Positions 14,100 through 25,015 of a DNA stretch of 64,000 nucleotides are shown in pieces. The position numbers and the translations under genes are program-made. The first letter of the stretch is position 1. The number at the start of each line of letters is the position of its first letter. The stretch spans positions 64,668,001-64,732,000 of the forward strand of contig NC_045697.1 in the NCBI RefSeq assembly GCF_009834535.1, given 5' to 3'. Below the pieces are notes generated by a model. The model ran no database searches. It was not told the origin of the DNA and saw only the letters and a program-made list of their open reading frames with translations. The stretch comes from Camelus ferus (taxonomy: Eukaryota).

Positions 14100-14700
14100 A
14101 GAATAGAAAATAATCTAGGAATAATAGTGCATATCAGTCAGCCTTTTTTTCAGTTATTAGCACTTTAATAATTGCATCTTTTTAGAAAAGAGTGTTGCAT
14201 GAAAGAAACTTTTGAAGCTCATTATACATACCACCCGTATCCATTTTCCTTCCTTACTCATAATATCTGGCTATCTTGCTGCATATGTGTTTATCATAAA
14301 TATCTACCTATTGTTTTGCATTTAAAATTTTTATATAAATTATATAGGGTACATATGAATTTATATAACTTTCTTTTGTCATTTAACTTTTTTTGATGTT
14401 TGCAATTGTTATATACATAAGTCTGGTTTATGTACTTTCATTGCAGTGGAGTATAAATTTTTTTTACAAATAAATCATGAACAATTAACTCATTGTCTTC
14501 TGGATGTACATTTGGTCATTTCTAATTTATTCTAATATAAATAGTTTTCACAGCTTTACCGGAATTTCTGTATGCATAGCTTTGTAAAAGTAATATTTTA
14601 GTGAATGTTCTCTACATATCTCATTCTATACTGAGACTTTCAAAAAACTTTCACCAGTTTTCAAGTTTGTGTTAAAATAATATTTCCTAAATATTTTAGT
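14100..14700 (-). mobile_element. Old L1M fragment
   Basis: Degenerate antisense L1 3' UTR motifs (tttatataaat, ggatgtacatttggtcatttcta). Confidence 0.4.
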
Positions 14701-16767
14701 TAAAATTACATGAGGTAAGTCTTAAGGCCTACGCTAGTTTACCCAGATAATTACAAACAAGTATTTATGCATACAAGCATACTTCTTATATTCATCTCTA
14801 CTTTCTAGTTATGGAGGTAGGGTAGAGTTGATCTTGTGGAATTTCCTACTGAACTCACTCAAGGAGAGTAGTATGTTAAGTATCTGTCAAGCCAAATCAC
14901 TTAATATTATTAACAGGGTAGTGAAAAAATGTTTTTAAACTAAAACATTTAATCATGTATAACTGTCATCTTTTTAAACCAAAAAAGTCCAAGAAATTTG
15001 AAATAAGGAATGATTTCATATACCATCAGATATATTTTCACTACGAGGTCAGATGCTCATTCAGATGATCATACAGCTACTTCCTATAAAACTATAGATT
15101 AAATATGAATATTAGTGATAACATACTTTTTTTTCCTCCAAGAAACACATAAAACCTAAACTTTTATTTCCTTCCTTATCTGTGACACACACTTCTTACA
15201 GGATATTTTTGAAGTTGCTTTTGTTTTTCATGTTGATATATTAAAATTTTAAATCCAATTATATTAAACTCAAATTAAGGGCTAGTCTCTTCTTTAAGTG
15301 CTTTACATAGGATTTCTAGTTGTATATACACTTTTTAATTCCAAGGAAGCTATGGAATGGTTCTTTGTCATGGTTTGTTTTTGACTGTTGTTTACATTTG
15401 GGATATGGTCACAGTGTAAACTGAAAGTTAATAGTCATTTCATCTTTTCCAATATATTATAGCAGATTTGACCCAGTGATTATTTTCCAAGGGGAGTACC
15501 TTCTCATGCTAAATTAGTATAGAATGTGTAGGTATTATTCCCAAGGAAGATGATCATCAGCTTAGAAGTGTTTAATGCAACTCTCTAAGTATTATTCAAC
15601 CGTACCACTGAGATTATGTGACATCTTCTAGAGCTGAAATTTTTGTGTATTGTGGCAATCGCTGTATAAATAGAATGCTCTCTACTTGACATTACAAAAT
15701 ATTAAACATTTTTGTATATCCAAGTAGTAATAAGCATTGCTCCAATGTATAGCACTTTAATTTATGAACAGATACTTCCTTTAGGGCTCTTGGCCAAAGA
15801 TTTTAAAGCACAAAGCAAACAGATTTTTGCTTTTACTCTGTAAATTACAACTCAAAATTCCCACATCGTATTTATGGCTAATGTCAAAGACTGCAATTAC
15901 CTACCTATTACAGTCTGGCAAGGAGAAAAGGTTACCCTTTGATTGTACTGTAGTCAAGCAGTATTCTTGACCACTCTTAGCACAGAGTCTGCTATTGGGC
16001 ATAGATAGTGGGAGAGAGTCAACTTCATTTCAACCATGCCCTTGTTGAAAAATATGATAAATTAGAAAGGGTGTGGCTATTGACTTCTTTGCAAACAACC
16101 CTTGGCTGGAAGCAGAAATATAATTTGCATCAGTAATAAAGTTAAGGTTTTCAATTCATGCTGAAGGTCACCATTCAACACCAAAATGTATTTGTTCTTA
16201 TTTTCTGAAAACTCAGTAAATGAAATTGACTAAGGATAAGGAAAATAGCTTGCTACTTGTGGACATGATTTCCTTTGTAATTTAAGGGCTTCCCTGACAA
16301 AAATATATTCCTAAATTAGTTATTTTCTTGTAATTTGAGTTAAACCATTAAATTATCTTGCTTGAAAAAAGTAAAATAATGTGAATTCCTTGCCACAGGA
16401 CACTCCTAGGTCAATCTCAATGTACCACTGAAGTCTTACAAGTAAACAAAACCAGTGTGACCTGTTGTGCAGGTATGTACAGCTACTCAAGTATATTGTG
16501 ATGTCTGAGAAAATTCTCCTTCCTATTAAGGACCAAAAAGACCAGAAAAAACAGATGCATCCTTATTATGAGGGACACAGTTTTCTCTGGTTCAAATTTG
16601 GACTGATTTTCACTTTGATTTCCATGGAAACCCGTGTATATCTAAGAGATAGAAGTAAGTTTATAACATTGTAAAATAAACCATATAATTTATGTTTAAT
16701 AAAAATAGCTTGATGTTTTATAAGATCTCTATGAATTGTTAAAGGTCATTAGTATATGGTTCTTTAA

Positions 16768-16923
16768 TTTTTTTTTTGATTTTTACTGAGAAATAATTGA
16801 CATACATCACTGTATAAGTTTAAGGTGCATAGCATGATGGCTTTATGTACATATATTGTAAAATGATTACCACAGCTAACACCCGTATTTCTCTTGTGAA
16901 GAGGACTCTTAGGATTTACTCTT
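16768..16923 (-). mobile_element. L1 (L1MA9-like) 3' end, interrupted by the provirus
   Basis: T-tract, then actgagaaataattgacatacatcactgtataagtttaagg…aaatgattaccaca…actcttaggatttactct. It stops abruptly at the LTR terminus. Confidence 0.8.
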
Positions 16924-17677
16924 TGTTTTGGTTGGCAAATTATGCTCAGAGACTGAGGTTGTCATTGCCAGTAGTTTATTTAACACAGGTTCACAGTGGG
17001 AATTATTGTTTATAACAGTATTTCACAAGCTAATAGCATACAGGATAATGACTCTTAATAAGTCAATAAAGAAATAACATACCCCAACCCAATGATAGAT
17101 TAATCACACTATTGTTCCAGGAAAAGGAGAGATTGAAAGATATAAAGTCCAAATTTAGTTGAGGTGTACCTTTCTATGAGTTTGTTCTCAGGAGAGTTGG
17201 CTGAGCCAACAAGAGCTGATTTCCAGCTGCCAGCGTAAACAGAAAGTCCCATGTTGCTAGAGCACGATGCTAGTACAAAGAAGGTGCCAGGGTTGGTGGG
17301 CTAGATGATCTCCTTCAGGGGCCACGGCACAGCGTTCACCACTGCCAGCAAAGAGTAGCCTTGCCAGGGCAGGAGCTATTGTTCTGATGTCTTTGGAGAG
17401 CCGTTTAGATCAGCAAAGAGTAGCCATGCCCAGACTGAACACTCTCAGTAAATCCTCAGAAATTCTTAGTATTTAGGACTTAAAATTATGATGTCCATTA
17501 AATCATAGTTGCTCCTCCATGTGTTCCTATTGATAAGCATTCAGTAGCACAACAGTTTTGCTAATGTCATCCTGACAGGGCCTCTCCAAGGCAGACAAAA
17601 TTCACCCTTAGATCAAAACAACCTCACTTAAGCCATAAACAAGTGGATTTGAAATGGTAACAAACAAATACATAACA
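16924..17677 (-). mobile_element. 3' LTR (754 bp) of the provirus
   Basis: Minus strand starts TGTTATG at 17677, directly after the PPT, and ends …ccaaccaaaACA at 16924. AATAAA is at 16980-16975. An imperfect internal direct repeat cagcaaa(a)gagtagcc(t/a)tgcc occurs at ~17347 and ~17411. Confidence 0.85.
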
Positions 17678-17688
17678 ATCCACCCTGT
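17678..17688 (-). other. Polypurine tract
   Basis: Minus strand acagggtggat abuts the LTR TG, resembling the ERV-L ggggtgga PPT. Confidence 0.75.
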
Positions 17689-17859
17689 GATTTCAGATAA
17701 TTTATACACTTATTAATCTGAAGGGCCTAATGCCCTGTACACATTTAAGTTCACAAAGTGTCAATTCACCATGATTCTACATTATTTACAATCTAATTTT
17801 CCTTTAATTTAATTCCCTTATTTTTGTTACTGCAGGCTTTGTTAAATAAATTCATTATA

Positions 17860-19682
17860 TTATTGGCAAAAGCATAACAGAGATTTCCTTAATATGGTAT
17901 CGGATCCAATCACCAAAAAACCAAAAATTAAGTTTCTTAAACCTTGTAAGCTTACTTGACAATTGCGTTTCCATGGAAAAGTCATTTTCATGAAGCTTCA
18001 GGGAGTTCAGGCTTAAGCACTATCAAGCACAAACATGTTCAGGTGCCATGACATCATTATTTTACGGAATGCATGTTTTTGTTCTCTTTCCAGTTCTTTC
18101 AAAGTTGTTTTTTACTTAATTATTCTCATCTTCCAGATGTTCTTTTACTTGTCTTAATTTTTCTAATAGTTTACATTTATTACTTTTAGGAGCCTCAAAG
18201 TGAAATATTTCTCTGGTTATTTTAATGGTTGCTCTATCTTCTATTGACCTCAGATAATATCTTTTTCCTTCTATTATCACATTCATTATCTCTTCTATTT
18301 TTACAAATCCCGTTATGTTGTGTTCCTTATTTCATCCTTGACTCCAATAGGTTAGGGTTAGTTTTGGCTTAGAGGATTCTATCATGTTCCAGTTTTCCAT
18401 ACTGTATATATAAAGTAGTCGCAGGTACTGGTATCATAAGCATATCCAAATGACTAGTAGTGATAAAGGTATTTTGGTTTTATTTCACCAACATATCCTT
18501 AGAAACACGTTTTCCTTATATTGTAAGGAGGCTTTTTATGGCCTGTAGTTTCTACTCTCTCATTTGATACTGGGGAACCACAGAAGTGTGGTAACTCAGT
18601 GTCGTGTTTCCTCCTTTACTTGCTAATAATTCTAATTTCACTGTTGCCCAAGGAATCTCAGCCTTTAGGTTGTGCGCTATCTACTCTAGTCCTAGTTGGA
18701 TTATCTGCAATTTCAGGTGTCCAATTTTGTCTAGAGATTATTGTTGCTTCAAGTATATTCTACATACCTTCCAACCTCAATTGTAATATTTGACAGTCAA
18801 TCTTCAAACATCTTTTATATTGTTTCTTAGAATTTCATTGTTTTTGCAATTATTCTCAAATGCTTTCTTCAGAACATCCAGTGCCCTGTTTCTGCTTGAA
18901 AATCATTTATGTTTTGCAGGGCACTGCTAATCATACTCATCTGTGTGCCCAATCATAATAAAGCTGCCATCTCATGCATATTAAATGGTGATTGTTTATT
19001 ATTTTTTTTAAAGTCCAAAGTGATTTGGTCAATTTGAATTTGTGAAAAGTCTGCTGCCATTGTGCCTCCAAGTATTTGCCCCATAAGTTCAGCAAGAAAC
19101 TGTAGGGATTTTCTTACTTTTAATGAATCAGTCTATGGCATATTTTATAAGTTAGGCATAAAATTGGATAAATAAAATTGAGCACAATTAGAAGATCTAT
19201 ATTTGGCTTCTAAATCCTGTGTGTTGAATTTTAAGAGTATATGCTACTGTACTGGGCTCTAACAGTAAGAGGTTTAATGAACAATAGGTTCCCATATTTG
19301 GGGAGTCAGAAAAGTAGGGATGAGATAGAAGCCCATGGTATAGCACCATGGTTAATAATAAGTATTATATTTTAGGTTTCCAATGTGTTCTCTAGCTACT
19401 TTACATGTTTTTTCTGTTTCTTGAAGTCAGGATATAGTGTCCATGGATATACAGTTAACTTTTAAATGGGTGAATATGGGTTATATAGTGTAAGCTGTGG
19501 GTATTGTAGATAATCTAATGCGGGTCTATGAATGTTCAATGATATAGTAGTCCATGAATCATCGTGAGGGTGTATAGTGACTATTTCTATCCCTAAACCA
19601 TCATCATTGCCCTTGGCTGCAGTAAGATACCTAGAAGTCCAAATTGTAAATTCTTGTTGATGTGATCTTAATGTTGCTTGTA
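17860..19682 (-). pseudogene. env: env-like pseudogene, 3' part (SU C-terminus + long TM subunit)
   Basis: Manual translation gives a KVRK basic site (19120-19109) and fusion-peptide-like SLQFLAELMGQILGGTMAADFSQIQIDQI. Helical heptads and a Cys-bearing region follow, then HR2-like LLEKLRQVKEHLEDENN*…TTLKELEREQK (~18170-18075) and hydrophobic GLRNLIFGFLVIGS…LLCFCQ* (~17943-17860). There are many stops and frameshifts. Confidence 0.7.
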
Positions 19683-19714
19683 AGTTATTGTGTTTCTTAA
19701 GATAAATCTTGTAA

Positions 19715-20260
19715 GTTGCCATTGGTCACAAATAGGATTATTATATCATGGCAGGAAAGTGATCAAAAAATTACCAATTAGAGTACTGGAAATCTGTGTG
19801 GCTTGCTACAATATCCCCATCATCACAGAATCAGACCAGGGAAGCCACTTCACAGGAAAAATAATGCAAGATTAAAATAGAAGACCCAGCATAATTTGGA
19901 ACTTCTATTTAACCTACAACTCAACTGCCTCTGAATCAACTAAAAGGTATAATGACCTACTCAAGCAAAACATTAGGTTGCTTACTAACAGTCTAGATAT
20001 GAAAGCAATCTGGGAGGCAGCAAGGTCTGTAAACAGCAGGTACAGAAGGGATGAAATATCTCCTACGAATCAATTAATATCATAAGCACCCACAGGAATA
20101 AGAATTAGCACTAAGAAAACCCCAGAATCTAAATTAAAAGGAAAGGTATTAATCAAAAAACATAATGATATAAACATATATTTATATATAATAAAACCTA
20201 CTACTGACTAAAGGAAAAAGCTTAATACATCAAATTAAAGAAAATAATCTGACGTCTCTA
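19715..20260 (+). pseudogene. pol: Retroviral integrase core/C-terminus (inverted segment)
   Basis: One frame reads YNIPIITESDQGSHFTGKIMQD*…IIWNFYLTYNSTASESTKRYNDLLKQ…AIWEAARSVNSRYRRDEISP. This matches the class III IN pattern SDQGTHFT…W.FHLPYNP…GLIERYNGLLK. Confidence 0.9.
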
Positions 20261-20321
20261 TAAAATTTTCAAGTATATAAAACACCATCTTCTATTGTAT
20301 CAACATTGGTTGTAGGTACTA

Positions 20322-22249
20322 AAAATATGGATGTTTACTCTATATATGATAGCTGGACACATTTTCATATGGCATCATTACTAGATGCCTAATATTTAGC
20401 CTAGCGTGGTGCAGGGAAATTAGGCTTGGGGCTCCATTGACAGTAATGGCTGTAATGGATTTCCTTCAGGAGCAAGAACAACTAGAAAGAATTAGAAATG
20501 TATAGGACACTATTTTGCAGGAATAGGCCCACTATGCATTTTGAACCCTATAAATATTGCTGAATGGGTGGTGCAGCATGCTGCCTACCGGCCACACTAT
20601 TTTGCCTGTTATATACTACTGGATACCAGACTCATTGCAGCTATGGATTCTCCACAGATAGCACCAACAACTGCAGTTGTGCAGTCTCTCCAAACTGGAA
20701 TACCATTCTCTGGTCAGGATATGACTCCAACACTTGTGACATCATCCACTTCCCTCCCAAATACTATACTGGTGGGGCTAATTCAGATACTCTAAATATC
20801 AAAAAATGAGAGATTATATGTTCTCTCTATACACAGACCCAAAAAGTGCACTTATAGAAATGCAGCAATGCTTCACCCTTGAAGGATGCTTGTTGATTTT
20901 ACCAACTGGTAGGACAAAAGATGACAATTCTAATGACACATATAGAGCCACAACGTGAAACACATAGGTCATGTAATTAGTACTTGGAGGCCTCATCTAA
21001 AGGACTATATCATCTGGCCATGTGGCAATGGATATGGGTATAGGACAAGTAGGAGACTGTAAAGAAGCCTGTTATGATTATAAGAAAGAGGAAACAAAGT
21101 ACACTACAGAGAAAATAAAACCACCAGACAGACCCCACAGATGCCCACCATGCCAGTTGACATATTTAATGGACCCTACTGAGTCCACCAGAAAAGTACC
21201 TGAAAGAAACTACAACTAGCTCCACTTTCATACAAAGAGAATCTCTATTTAGGGGTTCCCATGGGAATATAATACCAAAGAGGTTAAACTTCATGTCACA
21301 GAATGGCCTAACCTGCTCTGTTATGGTAATTTATACACGAGACAACCATTGCCACATCTGGCACAGAATTCTATAACCTAGCTATTTCAAACCCTACATT
21401 GATTCTCTATCATATTCTGAATTTCCTGGCACCATGGAATTCTTCCATTGGTACCAAGAAATCTAACTTATGAAACATATAAACGTGGCTTTTCTCATAC
21501 ATGTAAGTATCACACAGGTTACTCAAATAGTTAAGTTTTGTCACTGGAGAGATGACTAATGGTTCTTGAACAAAATAATGGTGCAATAACGAGGAATGAG
21601 GCATGACCAAGTAAAATATAACAAGTAGCTATATGCCCATCTTCAATGTAGATAGAATCTGTACTTAATGTTTCCTATGGGCCCAACAATATAGGACCAT
21701 TCATAACTGTATTAAAGGGATACAATTATTTTGATACTATAACAAAACACACATCAATCCAATAGTGCCATCAATACATTACAATATATTAAATTACGCT
21801 GAATCTCCATGTAATGAGGTGCCAAACAACATAATCATCAACCAAACTATGGTGGCCCATCCAAAAAATTATTTACTCTACTTTGAACTTTACTAGTAAT
21901 ATGTTCATTAAGAGAACATACGATGTGGCATCTAGGTATTAGGAATTTAGGCCACAGGTTAATTGTTCTAATAGCAATGAAACCAGTTTAACAGAACCAA
22001 TACATGCTTTAGGATACACAAAATCTAACACAGGCATAAAAACAAGCAGATTGGGAACAGGAGCCTGGAATTTTCAGTGCAAAAATCTATGCTATACCAC
22101 GCTAACAACATCTGAAAGATTGCTGACTGGTAAAAAATAACAGTTTAGGAAGAGAACACATGTGGAGTCTGTAGACGACTGGTGAAAACCTAGGGTTGGA
22201 GATAAAATGTTGAGATCAGATACAAGCAACATTAAGATCATATCAACAA
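20322..22249 (+). pseudogene. env: env-like pseudogene, 5' part (signal-like segment + Cys-rich SU; inverted segment)
   Basis: Lies directly after IN. Hydrophobic KIWMFTLYMIAGHIFIW is followed by Cys/Trp/Asn-rich frames (GCNGFPSG…KCIGHYFAGIGPLC; CSYGFSTDSTNNCSC; GDCKEACYD; RCPPCQL). Its end duplicates the start of the minus-strand env part. Confidence 0.6.
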
Positions 22250-22254
22250 CAAGG

Positions 22255-22255
<1 letters not shown>

Positions 22256-22290
<35 letters not shown>
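22256..22290. repeat. T35 homopolymer at inversion breakpoint
   Basis: Read directly from the sequence. Confidence 0.95.
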
Positions 22291-22293
<3 letters not shown>

Positions 22294-22510
22294 ATATTGT
22301 CTTTTATCCTAACCCCAATTCAAACAAAAGTTCCAGAGCATCTCAGTTCAGTTAAGAGAAAGACTGTTCTCTTTAATGTTATAGATAAAGCTACAGCCTT
22401 CCATGGCAGAAGAGTTTTAGTAGGTAAATTAACTTGTTGTTCTGCCCACTTTCTAGTATAGGTGAATTAGGATAATTAACTATTTTCTTTTGATAACAAA
22501 ACAATATAAT
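22291..22510 (-). pseudogene. pol: Integrase N-terminal (HHCC) remnant
   Basis: Minus strand with frameshifts reads NYPN (putative GHPG)…KWAEQQVNLPTKTL…AMEGCSF (degenerate CxxC)…KTIW* (putative WQ of WQID), ending at the poly(A). Confidence 0.5.
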
Positions 22511-22599
22511 GCCCACTAACACCATTTGTAAGTTTAAAAACTGTCAGAACTCCTCAAAAAAAGGTAATGTGTAAATTCAGTATATCATATTCAGTATAG

Positions 22600-22905
22600 C
22601 CAGTATTTGATAGTGTGTGTTAGGCTCCAAGGAATCCAAAATGAAAGAGATGAGATCATTGATCTCAAGGAGCTTATAATCTCATAGGAGACAAAAATGT
22701 AAGCACATAAATATTAAAATGATTGGTTTGTTTAAAATCAGAGAGAAGTGTCAAATTCTCATAGGAAGTTAAGGGAAGTGCTTCAAAGAAATAAATTCTC
22801 CCGTGCAGTTTTGAAAGGTAAGTAGGAATATTTGTCAGAAAAGGAGTAGAGAGGGAGGTAAGGGAAATATCAGGCAGAGAGAAAATACGCAAACTCAAGA
22901 CTTTA
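22600..22905 (-). mobile_element. L2 remnant
   Basis: L2 motifs tgatctcaaggagcttataatct and ttttgaaaggtaagtaggaat. Confidence 0.55.
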
Positions 22906-23624
22906 CTCAACTAATGTCAATCACTTTTCTTTAAACAGCATTTTGAAATAAATGGTATTACATATATGCCAAAATAGGAACATACCACAATCCTGGTATA
23001 AAGTGTCATTTCACCAGATTGCTTAATTTGTTTGCTCATTGGTATTATCAAGCCTATTAGAAAAATTATTTACATAGGGTGTTATAATTCACCAGCAGCA
23101 AGAAAAACACTACTAGGGCTGTGAATAATGTTGTACTTTCGTTGTAATTTCATCCAAGTCTTCATTGAAGAGTTTATATTCCTCTAATTGGATCTTCTCT
23201 TTTAGAAGTATCCAATTAAATGTTCATTTGCAGTTTATAAGACAGCATAATCTTATTTGTTGAAAATCTTGTTTGACATGTCCTTTTGTTTGGTCTTAGT
23301 ATTAAATTAGGTGCCAATAGAATAAATAATGAGATTGTGAGATGTTAATACAGAGATCATTTCAATTTTCTACTGATTTCAACTAATGTGAAAAGCGTCT
23401 AACACATTTGCATAATTCTTGAATTATAAATGTGATAATAAACACACAGAATTGCAAATTTCATTAATTTACATCTATCCGGCAATAGACAATATAGACA
23501 AAAGAAAGATCCTGTATGGCAAATGTTGACATCCTCATAAAACCCTTTGTATTCTCTTTATCATTTAGATTTTCATTGACTTTAAGGATTTTTGAATGAA
23601 CTTAAATTTATTTTCCTTTCTTTT

Positions 23625-24230
23625 GCTTTTTAATAATTTTTTCAATTGAAGTACAGTTGACTTATAATGTTAGTTTCTAGTGTACAGCAAAGTCATTTAG
23701 TTATAGTTATATATTCATTTTCATATTTTCCTTTAAAGTTTATTACAGAATATTTAATATAGTTCCCTGTGCTATAACAGTAGGACCTTATTTCCAAAAT
23801 ATACAAACAGCTCACACAACTGAACAACAACAAAAAGCAAACAACCCAATAAAAAAATGGGCAGCAGAAGACCTAAATAGGCATTTCTCCAAAGAATACA
23901 TACAGATGGACAATAGGCACATGAAAAAATAGAAAAGCAAATCAAAACTACAATGAACTATCATCTCACACTGGTCAGAATGGCCATCATTAAAGTCTAC
24001 AAATAAAAACTGCTGGAGAGTGGGTGGAGAAAAAAGAACCCCTTTAGACTGTTGGTACAGCCACTATGGAGAACAGTATGGAGGTTTCTCAAAAAACTAA
24101 AAATAGAATTACCATGTGATCCAGCAATTCCACTCCTGGGCATGAATCTGGTGAAAACTGTAATTCAAAAATATTCATGTACCCCAGTGTTCATAGCAGG
24201 ATTATTTACAATAACCAAGATATGGAATCA
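23625..24230 (-). mobile_element. L1 with 5' inversion (twin priming)
   Basis: 23625-23789 is an antisense L1 3' end (attgaagtacagttgac…ttccctgtgctata). It is fused to a sense ORF2 C-terminal piece, 23790-24230 ([28 protein letters not shown]). Confidence 0.85.
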
Positions 24231-24774
24231 ATCCTTTTCTAAAAAATAATTTCTCCTTTTTTTTTGTTGTTTAAGAATTTTTCAGATTTTTGCTTCTATA
24301 TTTTTTTTCTATATTTCACTCCCAACTTCAAGTCCCTTTTTTCTGTTAAACTTATTTTTCTGTTAAACCAGTGTTTAACTTTTAAAATTTATTCTCCATT
24401 CTCTAAATTGTTAGCATCTATAATACTAGGCCAAATTTTTACCTTTAATAATTGAATAATTATTGAATAATTTTTACCTTGAATAAGTAATATTTTAGAA
24501 GCCCTTTAAGCATAATATACATTGGAAATGAGTGATTTAGAATGGTCATATTAAAATTGCATTAATGATGTGAAATGCAAACTTACTTATGAGTATATGA
24601 AAACTTGAGCCAAAGAAAAGCTAGATTATCAACAATGTATGTACATAAGAGAGTGTCATAAGAGTGTTATGTCAGCTATTATCCAAACTAAGAGGGTAAG
24701 TTACTTCCATCTGCCCAACACAAATTGAAATACAATTATATATAGGCATTGTGTCAGGTTCTGGAGATGCAAAT

Positions 24775-25015
24775 AATGTTGTTATTTAACATTTACTGAG
24801 TACTTATTATATACTACTTACCATGTTAAGGCTTTCATCATTGGCTAATTAATATAATTGGTCATTAATCACCCTGAATTGGTGCTGTTTTTAGTTGGTT
24901 TTTGAATAAGAAAATGAAAACTTAGAGAATTAAATAACTTTTCCAAAGTCACTCAGCTGGTAGAAAGTGGCAGAACTGGTACTGTATCCTAGATCAAAGC
25001 CCATGCCCACTACCT
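24775..25015 (-). mobile_element. MIR remnant
   Basis: aacatttactgagtactta and taaataacttttccaaagtcactcagctgg. Confidence 0.65.

Larger units (their letters stand above)
16924..22510 (-). mobile_element. Class III (ERV-L/ERV-S/spuma-related) endogenous retrovirus, 3' half (IN-env-LTR), internally inverted
   Basis: Integrase motifs, a long env-like gene, an ERVL-type PPT (agggtgga-t-TGT) and a TG…CA LTR. I saw no gag, RT or 5' LTR. Confidence 0.85.

Noticed and set aside
16531..16654. Possible plus-strand coding exon (ag…GAA|gtaagt)
   Set aside because: The acceptor is weak, the peptide is unrecognised and I found no partner exons.
17860..22249. Domesticated, syncytin-like env gene
   Set aside because: It has many stops and frameshifts and is split by an inversion, so this copy cannot be coding.
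16924..22290. L1-retroposed (processed) ERV RNA with twin-priming inversion
   Set aside because: The LTR runs past the poly(A) signal to a terminal CA with no tail, and the poly(A) tract is internal.
16924..22510. Endogenous foamy virus
   Set aside because: The IN motif fits ERV-L/S-like class III better than foamy HSDQGAAFTS…STPYHPQSSGKVER. There is no space for tas/bel2 and no recognisable foamy Env primary sequence.
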